From NCBI GenBank assembly GCA_965262725.1, contig OZ253555.1, forward strand, positions 1,664,001-1,728,000: 64,000 nucleotides of DNA. The letters run 5' to 3'. The DNA comes from Dehalococcoidia bacterium (lineage in GTDB: Bacteria; Chloroflexota; Dehalococcoidia; UBA2979). Each line of letters begins with the position of its first letter. The first letter of the stretch is position 1. Below the pieces are notes generated by a model that did no database searches, was not told where the DNA came from, and worked only from the letters and a program-made list of their open reading frames with translations. Both the position numbers and the translations under genes were made by a program. Shown in pieces: positions 10,575 through 20,651 of the stretch.

Positions 10575-10850
10575 AGACAACCTGCGAGCCACGCAGCCTC
10601 CTCCTGCTTCTTGTCGTACGACAGCAGCGTCCACATGCCATCCGGCGCGAACAGGAGCGTTGATGGAGCGTGCCGCAGTAGCAGGTGGACACACTCGTGC
10701 GTCAGATCGCTGAAGCGCCGAGGGGAAGAGTTCTGCGGGTTTGCAACAACGAGGATTCCGGCGGGCGCGGAGACCGTGAGCGCAGACCAGTCATCCGACT
10801 CATCCTCCAAGGTGCCGAGCGAGGCCGCCGAAATACCGAGTGCTTGAAGT
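10575..10850 (-). pseudogene. ImmA/IrrE (DUF955) metallopeptidase remnant
   Basis: WSALTV...RRFSDLTHECVHLLLRH...QEEAAWLAGCL (HExxH plus downstream E); truncated at both ends. Confidence 0.7.
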
Positions 10851-10922
10851 TGACGACACCGACTCTCGGCTGATGAACTACACAGCCGTGGACGCTGTCC
10901 GCCCGTCGCAGGCCCGGCTCGC

Positions 10923-13610
10923 TTGGAGGATGCCCTGATCGCCCCGCTAACTCGTCTAAGGGTGGCCGAGGAACTGCTCAAGGCAGTTCGTGTTGGTTCG
11001 CTTCAGGCCGCCGCGCGTGCTCGCCCGGGTTGGGCCGAGTATGCGTTCCGCGGCTTCCGCCCCACCACCATCTCGAGATCGACTGCTCTCTCCAGAACGA
11101 GATGGTTCGCATCCGATCCGAAGTATCTCAGCGAACTCCTCGACATTTATCTCGATGACCTATCAATTCCAGGAGCGTTCAATGACCGACTCGTGACGGC
11201 AGTTGGCAACGCCAGGATACCCACTACTCTCAGAGAAGTGTTCGCCGAGATCGGATCGTTGAGCGATCCTCTGGCTCTTCCGTCCGGAATCGACGTTCGT
11301 GACCAGACAGTAGAGGCGAGTATTTCTCAACACCATCAGGCCGACGCTGGCGAGGTAACCGCTGGAGCGAATGCGGCTGGAGTTCACTCACCGAGCGAAA
11401 CCACTACGCAGAAAAGAAAAGTCTTCGAACGCGTAGACTTCGAATGGGAGTCTCCGACAGACGATGCCAGCGTCGTTCAGGATGCCGTGACCTTATTCGA
11501 AAGGAGCCTCAGCGCCTTCGTCGAGCACGGCCTCCGCCGCATACACGGAGATGCTTGGTTGCGAAGGGGCTGCGGTTCTTACAATGCCCGATGGCGGGAT
11601 CGAGCCAAGAAGGCAACAGCTTCGCCTCCCCTTTCGCAGCTGGGATATGCGGAACTGGCAGAACTTGACGAGATCATACGAGCAAAGCAGAATTGGCCTG
11701 TGTTCAAGCCGTATTTCGCCAGTAAGGAATGGGTTGCCAACCAGTTCGCCAGCATTGTTCCGCTTCGCGTGGAGGGTTTCCATCCGGGAGCTCGGCACAT
11801 GTTCGTACCCGAGGAGGCAGCCGGCTTCGCTGCTATGGCTCGCTTAGCGAGCTGCTACCATGCCTCGACCGGCGATGCCATCGACCTACTGTGGGCGTCT
11901 GAAGAGACTGGGCAACCGGATCCCCCAGACGAAGTCGTCCTGACTTCAAACTTGATTCTCAAGAATTTCGAGAACCTCCCTCCTCACCCACGTGTCTTCG
12001 GAAGAGACACGCAGCTTCGAGCACTTCACAGTTTCTGGAACAGCGAATTTGAGCGGTGCATTGCAATCACGGGCCGAGGCGGGCTTGGAAAGACTGCCCT
12101 CGTCTATGAATTCTTGGATGACCTTCTCCGCGTCCCAGTAGAGCCAGGAATGCGTCCGGAAGTGGATCTTGTCGTGTTCCTCACTGCCAAGCAGATTTGG
12201 GCTGAACACGATGACCAGCAGCAACTTCCAGGTGAACAACGCTTCGGAACGTTGCGCGAGGCTCTCGAGACTACCCTAGGGATCCTCGGCGTGAGCGCAC
12301 CAAGGGATCGCGACATTTCAGAACTCCGTACGGACGTCCTTGAGCTTTCTCGAGACCAACGATGCCTTTTTGTCTTCGACAACCTCGAAACCCTCGACGA
12401 TGAAGAAATTCGAGCCGTAGCGTCGTTCTGCCAGCAGTTGCCGAGTCCGTCGAAATCGATCGTGACAGACAGAGAACGACGCGGAGTCGGCATCGGAACG
12501 TCCATGATCCTACCCGGTCTTTCTCATAGTGCATCCACCGGTTTGATCGACGATCGACTCGAGCGAGCAGGCACAAGGCTCCCCGACCGGAGCAGAAGCA
12601 CGCTCGCTCAAGTCGTCGACTGGCTTGGCGGTGTGCCCCTTTACTTGCACTATCTTGCTAACCTGCTAACGCAAGGGCATACACCCACAGAAGCACTGCA
12701 TAAGATCCGGGGTGAAGACACACTGGGATTGTTGAGGTTTTCGTTCGAGAGTTCGCTGGTACGTCTACCGGAGTCTGCCGTTCAATTGCTCTACTACATG
12801 TCTCTAAAGCGAGAACCGGCTACCCGAAAGGAACTGCTCAGGCTCAGTGATGACCGGACCGACCTCGGAGAAGATATCGACGCTCTCAAGAGCGCCCACT
12901 TCCTTGAGTTGGTGCCGGGACGTAATGCAATTATGTTCCGCGTTGCCGACCGCACACTCGGAGAGTACGTGCGCCTTCAGGCACCAACGCAACTGGAGGC
13001 CGGAGTCGTATCCCGGCTACAGCAGAAGGCCGGTGTGCGCAGCGAGTTCGAGCGCCAGCCGAACGTCGAACAAGCCATTCGCCAGAGTCTTGACGAGGCG
13101 TCCGAGCTCGCTGGTCGTGCTTGGTCGGATGGCATCAGATATCTCGAAGACAAGCGTCTTGAATTCGGTGACGCCCCGCCAATCCTGGGCCGACTTGGAC
13201 ACTTCTATTTCCGGAATCACGACCTTATGGCAGCCCGGCCCCTTCTTGAGAGAGCACTTGCGAGTGAATGGGAAGATTCTGCGACACTCAGGACTTTGGG
13301 GCTCATCAATTTTTGGGAACGACAATTTGAAGAGGCGCAAAACAATGCCGAGGCCGCACTGAGTCTTCAACCCGAGAGTGACCAAACGAAGATGTTGCTA
13401 GGCGAAGTCCTCATGGCTCGGGTAGAGCGATCCCGGCTCACGCTTGATGGCAGGCGCCGTCTCGAGATAGCGAGAAGGGCACTGCGACTGATCGAGGATT
13501 CGCTTATCGAGGACGACTACGCGCATTGGCAACGAAGACACAATGAGCGACGCGATCGACTGCTAGGTAGGTGCGAACTAGTTGTTGCCGAGGCGCGTCG
13601 CGACATCTAG
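10923..13610 (+). CDS. Swt1-like HEPN / STAND (NB-ARC) NTPase / TPR protein, bacterial NLR-like
   Basis: FERSL...LGYAEL..L...NWPVFKPYF...RVEGFH (Rx4H); Walker A GRGGLGKT; Walker B LFVFDNLE; GGVPL; C-terminal TPR-like helices; lower GC than flanks. Confidence 0.8.
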   Translation: MEDALIAPLTRLRVAEELLKAVRVGSLQAAARARPGWAEYAFRGFRPTTISRSTALSRTRWFASDPKYLSELLDIYLDDLSIPGAFNDRLVTAVGNARIPTTLREVFAEIGSLSDPLALPSGIDVRDQTVEASISQHHQADAGEVTAGANAAGVHSPSETTTQKRKVFERVDFEWESPTDDASVVQDAVTLFERSLSAFVEHGLRRIHGDAWLRRGCGSYNARWRDRAKKATASPPLSQLGYAELAELDEIIRAKQNWPVFKPYFASKEWVANQFASIVPLRVEGFHPGARHMFVPEEAAGFAAMARLASCYHASTGDAIDLLWASEETGQPDPPDEVVLTSNLILKNFENLPPHPRVFGRDTQLRALHSFWNSEFERCIAITGRGGLGKTALVYEFLDDLLRVPVEPGMRPEVDLVVFLTAKQIWAEHDDQQQLPGEQRFGTLREALETTLGILGVSAPRDRDISELRTDVLELSRDQRCLFVFDNLETLDDEEIRAVASFCQQLPSPSKSIVTDRERRGVGIGTSMILPGLSHSASTGLIDDRLERAGTRLPDRSRSTLAQVVDWLGGVPLYLHYLANLLTQGHTPTEALHKIRGEDTLGLLRFSFESSLVRLPESAVQLLYYMSLKREPATRKELLRLSDDRTDLGEDIDALKSAHFLELVPGRNAIMFRVADRTLGEYVRLQAPTQLEAGVVSRLQQKAGVRSEFERQPNVEQAIRQSLDEASELAGRAWSDGIRYLEDKRLEFGDAPPILGRLGHFYFRNHDLMAARPLLERALASEWEDSATLRTLGLINFWERQFEEAQNNAEAALSLQPESDQTKMLLGEVLMARVERSRLTLDGRRRLEIARRALRLIEDSLIEDDYAHWQRRHNERRDRLLGRCELVVAEARRDI

Positions 13611-13660
13611 CGTGTGCCATCTCCGAATGGCGGCGACAGTTCGGGCAATTGGGGGGCCAG

Positions 13661-13685
13661 GGTTCGAATCCTCGCCGGCGCGCCA
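13661..13685 (+). other. Isolated tRNA 3' end (Arg-like), relic att site
   Basis: GGTTCGAATCCTCGCCGGCGCGCCA = T-loop, acceptor strand and GCCA; no 5' tRNA half upstream. Confidence 0.6.
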
Positions 13686-13718
13686 CCCTTCGACCCCTCG
13701 ACCTTCTCCAAGAACCGC

Positions 13719-13773
13719 TGACCCGACCCCCTGAGACGGAACCGCTGTTGAAGAGAGTCCCATAGCCCGCGAG
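13719..13773 (+). mobile_element. Solo IS3-family left end
   Basis: TGACCCGACCCCCTGAGACGGAACCGCTGTTGAAGAGAGTCC is near-identical to the IS3 IRL at 43749. Confidence 0.8.
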
Positions 13774-14098
13774 AGCCTCGGCGCGCTCGCGCGGGATCAC
13801 GAGCGTGACGTTGGCGGGGCGGCCGTCCTCCGAGGCGTCCCCGCTCCCGCCGAGGGAGACCCGCGTCGACTCCAGCGCCACCGCGTAGATCACGGCCCGC
13901 TCCAGGAGCGCCACCGTCCGGCTCTCCCGGCCGGCCCGGATCGCTCGTCGCCATCACCGCCACCACGTCGCCGCGGCGCAGCCGCCTGAAGACGCCGTCG
14001 TCCGGGACGGGGATCGTCACGGCGAGCTCGCCCTGACCGATCGCCGGACCGCTCCCCAGGTCGGGCCGCACCACGAGTTCGCCGGCATGGATCGCACG
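13774..14098 (-). pseudogene. Frameshifted partial second copy of cpaB
   Basis: AIHAGELVVRPDLGSGP...ALESTRVSLGGSGDASEDGRPANVTLVIPRERAEA, near-identical to ~6124-6445. Confidence 0.85.
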
Positions 14099-14109
14099 CC
14101 CCGCGCAGA

Positions 14110-14265
14110 CCGTCACATTGGACTCGAGAACGGTGTGCGATGCCGTCTGTCGGCGCGGCATGCAAGTCCTCCGCGAGTCCGGCGCGACACGATGCACTTC
14201 GCAACGATCACCGAACTCGCCCTCAGCGAGAGCGGCGAAACGAACTCCTCGGGGCTCACCTACAA
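14110..14265 (+). pseudogene. HARE-HTH (restriction-associated wHTH) remnant
   Basis: QVLRESGA-(frameshift)-MHFATITELAL...SGLT resembles the HARE-HTH consensus. Confidence 0.4.
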
Positions 14266-14348
14266 GGAAGGACAACGTAAGCGCGGTGGTGCCGGCGCCA
14301 AGTTCGCCCTCTGACCGGCCGACAGTGGATGGGTCGACGACGTTGCCC

Positions 14349-15707
14349 CTACTGAAACCGCCAAAGACTCCGGATGTCCTCAACGTACTTCCTATACTGC
14401 GACAACCAGGGTTCCCTACCGTCGTCGGCCTCGGCGACCGACCTCATGTAGGCATCGTACAGACCCCGGCGCTCCAGCCCGGGAACGCCTAGCCACAGGA
14501 GTGCGGTCTTGGGGACAGTTCTCCGTTTGCGAGCGAGTCTTTCGAAGAGAAACTCCTCGAGCCGGTCGCTTGAGTCGAGGGCTTGACGTGCCTCCCGCTC
14601 CGAGGGCCGATATCCGTGATGCACAACCCGGTGGCGACATTCCTCAACCGCGTCTCGCCATCCGCCGACCGGTGCATCTGTGAGCGTCACATCCCATTGC
14701 CCGCCTAAGCTCGAGGAGTATCTGGTCTTGATGCGTCCGATGAGACCGCGATCGAACCACTGTGCAGCTTCGTTCGCCGGAACACCTTGTTCCCAAGCGA
14801 TCATCAACAGCAATCCATCCAGTAGTGTTTCGCCCCGGGCGTATAGCCATGTCAGACAAGCCTGATAGTCAGCGTCGACATGATATGCGCGCTGAGCGCG
14901 CCGGAGATGTTCTAACGCAGTGGCTACGGGGTCGCCCGACTCACCCGCGAAGGTTCGACGTGTCAGCAATACCATCATGCGGTGAATGCGTTCTTCGTCC
15001 ATAGTGGGGATCGACACGGCAAGGCTGGTTGCTCCTTCATGTGTTTGGAACATGCCCAACCCACCAAGTCCCGTGCGAGGCTCGGATGTGGTCCACGGAA
15101 TTGTGGCAGCGATTGACCTCCGCGTCGGAATCTCGACACGCCAATCATTCTCAGCCGTGATGTAGGCGCGATACAGTCTCTGTAGAGACTCAAGGCATCT
15201 ATCAAAGGCATCGGAGACGGTTGATTCTATGTCGATCTCGTCTTTAACGATCGTTGGAATCAACGGAGTGACGACCTCGAATACTGTCGCTTCCGAATCC
15301 ACACCTAGCTCCTGCAAGAGGGGCGGCGAAAAATCACCACGATCTTCCCCATCCGGGTCCATCATCCATCGGTAGGCGCGAAACGCACGCCTAATCAGGC
15401 TCGTCTCTAAGGTCATTCTCTCCGCAAGTCGCCAGACCTTGATCGATACGAATCCTCCCCTTTCCTCTTCCGGATCCACATACCGTGGCTGGACCCAGGG
15501 GACGGGCGCGATTGCGACGCCTTGGAGCCAGGGCACCTCTTCCTCACGAGCGAATCTGAAAGTTGATTCGTGTGGTATCGCAAGGGGCACGGAGGCAGGA
15601 ATAAAGAAGACGACGAAGCGCGGTTCCCCCGCCCAATGCGGAGGCAGGGGCGGATCTTCACCTTCGGGCGTCACGATTTCAGGATTCCAGTCTCCCTTCG
15701 GCGTCAC
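14349..15707 (-). CDS. Hypothetical protein with C-terminal HEPN-like domain
   Basis: 452 aa, lower GC; helix with conserved E (YARGETLLD) and RHRVVH (Rx4H). Confidence 0.6.
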   Translation of the reverse strand: MTPKGDWNPEIVTPEGEDPPLPPHWAGEPRFVVFFIPASVPLAIPHESTFRFAREEEVPWLQGVAIAPVPWVQPRYVDPEEERGGFVSIKVWRLAERMTLETSLIRRAFRAYRWMMDPDGEDRGDFSPPLLQELGVDSEATVFEVVTPLIPTIVKDEIDIESTVSDAFDRCLESLQRLYRAYITAENDWRVEIPTRRSIAATIPWTTSEPRTGLGGLGMFQTHEGATSLAVSIPTMDEERIHRMMVLLTRRTFAGESGDPVATALEHLRRAQRAYHVDADYQACLTWLYARGETLLDGLLLMIAWEQGVPANEAAQWFDRGLIGRIKTRYSSSLGGQWDVTLTDAPVGGWRDAVEECRHRVVHHGYRPSEREARQALDSSDRLEEFLFERLARKRRTVPKTALLWLGVPGLERRGLYDAYMRSVAEADDGREPWLSQYRKYVEDIRSLWRFQ

Positions 15708-16185
15708 CCCGCAGGGAGTGCCCGTATCTCGGAGATCCCGCTCGTGAGACCCGCGACCAGCCGCTCGACCTCACCGACTGCGGCAGCATAGTCTATCGAC
15801 CCTGCCCGGACGCCCTTGCTGGACGCATCGGCGAACGGATCATGCTCGAACTGCACCGCAGCACGCCCCCCGTGTCGCACCTCGCGCTGGTCGGGCTCGG
15901 CGAGGCCCTGAGCGACGCAGGTGAGGACGAGGGAGACGAATGACCACCTTGCGGGTCTGCGTCCCGCCGAGGAGAGCGCGGCCACCGGGCTCCGCCCCGT
16001 GCCCACGCCGGACGGGCATCGCGTCCCGATCGACGACCAGGATGGGGAGTTACCAAGGCAGGGATGCGGGACCGGCGATACAAGCACCCGATCGGCCCTT
16101 CCCCGGTGTGAGCGAGGCCGCTTGAGCGGCGTGATCGATCGTCGCGAGTAGCTGCGCGGTCGGTGTTGGACTGACGAAATCGCGA

Positions 16186-17040
16186 GTGCGGGAAGGGCAG
16201 ATTCGCCTGGCGACCGTCAAGATCGTCTCCTGGAACGTCGCGCGCCGCCGGAAGCCTTGGCGCGTCCTCAGCGATATGGATGTCGATGTCGCGTTGCTCC
16301 AGGAGGCGAGCCGCCCGCCGCAGGATGTCGCCACCCGCATCGAGCTGGACCCTGCACCCTGGCCGAAGCCAGGTGCGCGCGCATCGGGACGCTGGCGAAC
16401 GGCGATCGCCAGACTCTCCGAGCGCGTCAGCCTGGAGTGGATCGAGGCGAAGTCGCTCGAGGATGCGGTCGGCGGGGAGCTGGCCGTCAGCCACGCCGGC
16501 ACACTCGCCGCTGCACGCGTCTCCGCCCCCGACATCGAGCCCTTCCTCGTCGTCTCCATGTACGCGCCGTGGAGGAGGCCGCACGTAATGACCGGCAGCA
16601 GGCGGATCGTCTCGGATGCATCGGCCCACCGGGTCGTCTCCGACCTCTCCGCGCTCGTCGGCCGCGAGTCCGGCCACCGCATTCTGGCCGCCGGTGACCT
16701 CAACATCCTCCTTGGCCATGGAGAGCACGGCAGCTCGTATTGGGCCTCGCGCTACGGAACCGTGTTCGACAGGATGGAGGCGCTGGGACTCCCCTTCGTC
16801 GGCCCGCAGGCTCCACACGGACGCCAGGCCGATCCATGGCCGCGCGAGCTCCCGAGGGAGAGCAGGAACGTCCCGACGTACCACTCGAACCGCCAGACGC
16901 CGGACACGGCAAGGCGCCAGCTGGACTTCGTCTTCGCCTCGAGAGAGCTGGCAGGCTCCGTGCGGGTACGGGCGCTCAACGAGCCGCACCGGTGGGGCCC
17001 CAGCGACCACTGCCGTCTGAAGATCGAAGTCTCCCACTGA
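16186..17040 (+). CDS. Endonuclease/exonuclease/phosphatase (EEP) family protein
   Basis: IVSWNV, ALLQEA, AGDLN, LDFVF, SDHC motifs. Confidence 0.88.
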   Translation: MREGQIRLATVKIVSWNVARRRKPWRVLSDMDVDVALLQEASRPPQDVATRIELDPAPWPKPGARASGRWRTAIARLSERVSLEWIEAKSLEDAVGGELAVSHAGTLAAARVSAPDIEPFLVVSMYAPWRRPHVMTGSRRIVSDASAHRVVSDLSALVGRESGHRILAAGDLNILLGHGEHGSSYWASRYGTVFDRMEALGLPFVGPQAPHGRQADPWPRELPRESRNVPTYHSNRQTPDTARRQLDFVFASRELAGSVRVRALNEPHRWGPSDHCRLKIEVSH

Positions 17041-17544
17041 GGCGTGGGCGTGAGAGCACCGGCGGACGCGCCGACGCGAGGCCGCCATCGCACGCCTCAG
17101 GGCGGGGCGGTCCCGCCGGGCGCGTCGCGACGGCTGACGCCGGTTCGACACCGTGCGCACGGGCGTGGGGTTGCCGGGAGTCCTCATCCCGAGCACCAAG
17201 GGCGATGTCCTAGTCTCGCTGCCCGCGCACTCACAGCGCGATCCACACGCCCGGATCCTGTCTCTCGGACCACAGCGCCCAGTAGTGGCAGCCCGCGCTC
17301 CATTCGTCATTCGACGGCGGGAACAGCGGCTGCGTGGCCTGCGCACCTAGGCGAGACCGAATCTCATCCGACCACCTGCCACGCCCGAACTCCCTTTCGC
17401 GCGCCCTCGCAGGATTCGTGCCGGCTCCCGATAGACGGTGTAGCCGATCATGAACATCGCGGACTGGAGAGCCCGCTGGCGTTCGGAATCGAGCTCCGCG
17501 AACGGCGACTGCCGCGACAGGACGTCAAGCACACGCGGCCATAA

Positions 17545-17866
17545 CGTCCGACTTTGCGCAGCGCCGCGGCGTCCAGAGTAGACTCTCGTGCTCCCACAGC
17601 AGCTCGGCGAGGTGTGTGTGGTTCGCTCCCGGGTAGCGGGTGGCAGCGAGACGCACCACAGCCGAGGCGACCTCGGCCGGGACGGTGTTGTGCGGAAGGC
17701 GCCCGCGGTCGCCGTGGGCGAGCGCCGCGGCTCCGCGCGCCCGGTAGGCGGCGAGCAGTCTCCACGCGTGGCGCTGGCTGACACCCAGGATCTCGGCGGC
17801 CTGGACGAGCTGCAGATCTCCGGCGATCACCCGGTCGAGTACGTAGCGTCGTGCCTCTTCGAACTG
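17545..17866 (-). pseudogene. N-terminal HTH fragment of an ISNCY/IS481-like transposase
   Basis: AAEILGVSQRHAWRLLAAYRARGAAALAHGDRGRLPHN; truncated. Confidence 0.7.
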
Positions 17867-17990
17867 CTTCTGTGAGGGTCGTCTGATCCGCAAGGCCGAC
17901 GTGGCGGCCTTCTGCGCCGTTCTACCGATCGCGCCTCCCGTCCGCAGCCCTCTGTGGTGGTCGTCGGTGCCGATGCGAGTGGTGCCGCCG
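17867..17990 (-). mobile_element. Right-end remnant of an IS1111-type element
   Basis: CT core followed by GTGAGGGTCGTCTGATCCGCAAGGCCGACGTGGCGG..., aligns with 43869-43990. Confidence 0.85.
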
Positions 17991-18456
17991 CCGGCACGGC
18001 GCTCGACGCCCTGTAGTAAGTCGACTCCGGGTGTGCGGCGACGTTCGCGAGCGGAGCGCTGGGCGCTCGATCTCCGTATGCGCGCTCGTCTGTGACGGCG
18101 GCGTCAGCTTCGAGTTGCTTGCTCATCGCATCTGGTGACGTGATGAGCGGCGGAGTGCCGCCTCCGCCTGGCGTACCCATCACATACCAGCCGATGTCGG
18201 CCGTCGCCGGCAGCGTGGAGATCCGGTTGTCGCCGGTGTCGTATGCGTCCACGTCGAGCCGCACGCGGCCGCCCGCCGCGACCGCGACGGTCGCGCTCCC
18301 GCGCGGCTCGATCCTTCCGACCGTGGTGGTCTGTGTGGTTGCGCCGGTGGGGAGGGTGTAGATCAGCGCGCTGGCCGCGAAGCCGACGCCGACGAGCAGC
18401 AGCAGCGGCGCCGCCGCGCGCAGCTGCCCGGCGAACGGAGGACGCGGGGAGGTCAC
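17991..18456 (-). pseudogene. 5' fragment of a secreted protein gene
   Basis: GTG at 18456; hydrophobic LLLLVGVGFAASALIY then a beta-rich segment; abuts the IS remnant. Confidence 0.4.
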
Positions 18457-18473
18457 TGGGTACGCTCTCGATG

Positions 18474-20632
18474 GTGCGCCGCGAGTGTCGTCTCGGATGC
18501 GGGACGGTCGAACCTCTCCGGCCTCCTGGTACCGCTCGCTGGTCGTGGGGGATCGCTGCCCTCGCCGCTTCGCTGACGGCACAGGCGGCGACCACGCAGG
18601 GATGGATAGCGCGGCAGTGTCCACACCATCGCGACGGTGATGGTCGGACGCGCGGCTGCTCCCCAGGGTGGGAATGACAACCGATTCTGGCCCCACCTTG
18701 ATCCTCGAAACTGGGAGCGCCAGGCGAACTGGTGCGTGGGCAGGAGGTGCAAGTCCTCTGCGGCGAAGGAGCAAGCCACTCCACGCCGCTCCGCGAGCCG
18801 TGCGCGGGTCATCGCGAGGTGGCCCGCGAAGCGTCGGTAGCGGGGTATGCGGGCGGAGCTATTGAGCATCGAAAGGACAATCTGGAGCGTCGAGGCCCTC
18901 CATTTGGTCGAAGGCAACACCGGCGACGGCGGTACGGGCGAGTCGTCGTCGGGCTCCACGGTGTCGAAGAACTCAGGCACGCATACACGTCCATCACCGG
19001 GACCTGGGAGGGCTCCGTGTCGTCCCGGCGGGTCGTACGCCGGGACCGCATCGGGAAGGGAGGCAACCGTAGCCGATGATGCACGACTCGGAGCAGTCTG
19101 ATGGGGCCGTACGAGCTACGAAGGCGGCGAACAAGGGGGCGCGAGCCTCGGCGGAGTCGCTGGAGCAAAGGGCCCCAGCCAAGAGGAATCTTCGAAGCAC
19201 CGGCACGGTCCGGACGCAGAGTCGGGTGGCCGTGTCACCCGGAGCGGAGAGGATACGGCAGTTTGTGGAGAGGAAGCCGGGAGAGAAACTCACCACGCTC
19301 CTGCACCACATCACGCCGGAAGCGCTGAGGGAGGCGTACCTCGCCTTGAAGCGAGACGCGGCTCCGGGCGTGGACGGGGTGACGTGGCGGGAGTACGGGG
19401 ACGAACTGGACGAGCGATTGCTCGACCTGCACGGCCGCGTGCACCGGGGAGCGTATCGGGCGAAGCCTGTGCGGCGGGTAGAGATACCAAAGCCGGACGG
19501 GGGAGTACGGCCGCTCGGTATCGTCTCGCTGGAGGACAAGATCGTTCAGCGGGCAGTGGTGGACAATCTCCTGAACCCGGTCTTCGAGCCGGGCTTCTAC
19601 GGCTTCTCGTATGGCTTCAGGCCGGGACGCTCGGCGCATGACGCGCTGGACGCACTGGCCTACGCGGTGGACCGGCGCAAGGTCAGCTGGATTGTCGAGG
19701 TCGATATCCGGGGGTTCTTCGACAGCATCGACCGGGAGCAGCTGATGCTGTTCTTGGAGAAGCGCATCGGGGACCAGCGGGTGTTGCACCTGATACGAAA
19801 GTGGCTGAACGCCGGCGTCATAGACGCGGGACTGGAAGTCGATTTCGTACGGGGGACGCCGCAGGGAGCGCCGATATCGCCGCTGCTTGCGAACGTGTAC
19901 CTCCATAACGTGCTCGACGACTGGTTCGCGCGCGAGTGGCGACCGCGGGAGGCCCGGGGCGAGGCGTACATCGTGCGGTATGCCGATGACTTCGTCCTGG
20001 GATTCCAGTACCGCAGCGATGCGGTGCGGTTCATGGAGGCACTCCGGGAGCGGTTCGCGGCCTACGGGCTGGAGCTACACCCGGAGAAGACGCGCCTCGT
20101 GGAGTTCGGCAGGTACGCGATTGCGAACCGGCGTGAGCGCGGGGAGAGTCGGCCGGAGACGTTCGACTATCTTGGGTTTACGCACTACTGCCGGACGACG
20201 CGCAAGGGGCGTTTCGGGCTAGGGCGCAAGCCCTCAGCGAAGCGGATGCGGCGCACACTCAAGGCCATCAAGGTCGAGTTGCGGCGGCGCATGCATGACA
20301 ACCCCGTGAAGACGGGGCGGTGGCTGGGAAGCGTGCTGCGTGGATGGCTTGGCTACTACGCGGTGCCGACCAGTGTCGCGGCGCTGACACGGTTCGCTCA
20401 TTTCGTGAGGCGGCTCTGGCTGCGACGTCTCCGTCGGAGGTCGCAGCGGGACTACTTCACATGGGAGCGTCTCCACGCCCTGTGTCGCCGACTGTGGCCC
20501 CGCATCGCCATCCTGCACCCGTGGCCAGTGGAGCGATTTGCCGTCAGAACTCAAGGCGGGAGCCGGATGCGTTAGCGCGCTCGTCCGGATCCGTGCGGGG
20601 GGCGCCGGGTAACCGGCGTCCCTACCGCGAAC
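18474..20632 (+). mobile_element. Group II intron (IIB-like, no endonuclease domain)
   Basis: 5' GTGCG at 18474; domain V GAGCCGGATGCG...CGTCCGGATC and domain VI ...CCCTACCGCGAAC at 20560-20632; encloses RT ORF; ends approximate. Confidence 0.85.
19076..20575 (+). CDS. ltrA: Group II intron reverse transcriptase/maturase
   Basis: APGVDG, IPKPDGGVRPLGI, SYGFRPGRSAHDAL, GTPQG, RYADDF, FDYLGF, thumb/X domain; no HNH. Confidence 0.96.
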   Translation: MMHDSEQSDGAVRATKAANKGARASAESLEQRAPAKRNLRSTGTVRTQSRVAVSPGAERIRQFVERKPGEKLTTLLHHITPEALREAYLALKRDAAPGVDGVTWREYGDELDERLLDLHGRVHRGAYRAKPVRRVEIPKPDGGVRPLGIVSLEDKIVQRAVVDNLLNPVFEPGFYGFSYGFRPGRSAHDALDALAYAVDRRKVSWIVEVDIRGFFDSIDREQLMLFLEKRIGDQRVLHLIRKWLNAGVIDAGLEVDFVRGTPQGAPISPLLANVYLHNVLDDWFAREWRPREARGEAYIVRYADDFVLGFQYRSDAVRFMEALRERFAAYGLELHPEKTRLVEFGRYAIANRRERGESRPETFDYLGFTHYCRTTRKGRFGLGRKPSAKRMRRTLKAIKVELRRRMHDNPVKTGRWLGSVLRGWLGYYAVPTSVAALTRFAHFVRRLWLRRLRRRSQRDYFTWERLHALCRRLWPRIAILHPWPVERFAVRTQGGSRMR

Positions 20633-20651
20633 CCCACCCCCGGGGCCGTGA

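Noticed and set aside
19076-20575. RT as retron, Abi or CRISPR-associated RT
   Set aside because: Flanked by a GTGCG 5' end and domains V/VI, with a maturase X domain; ordinary group II intron.
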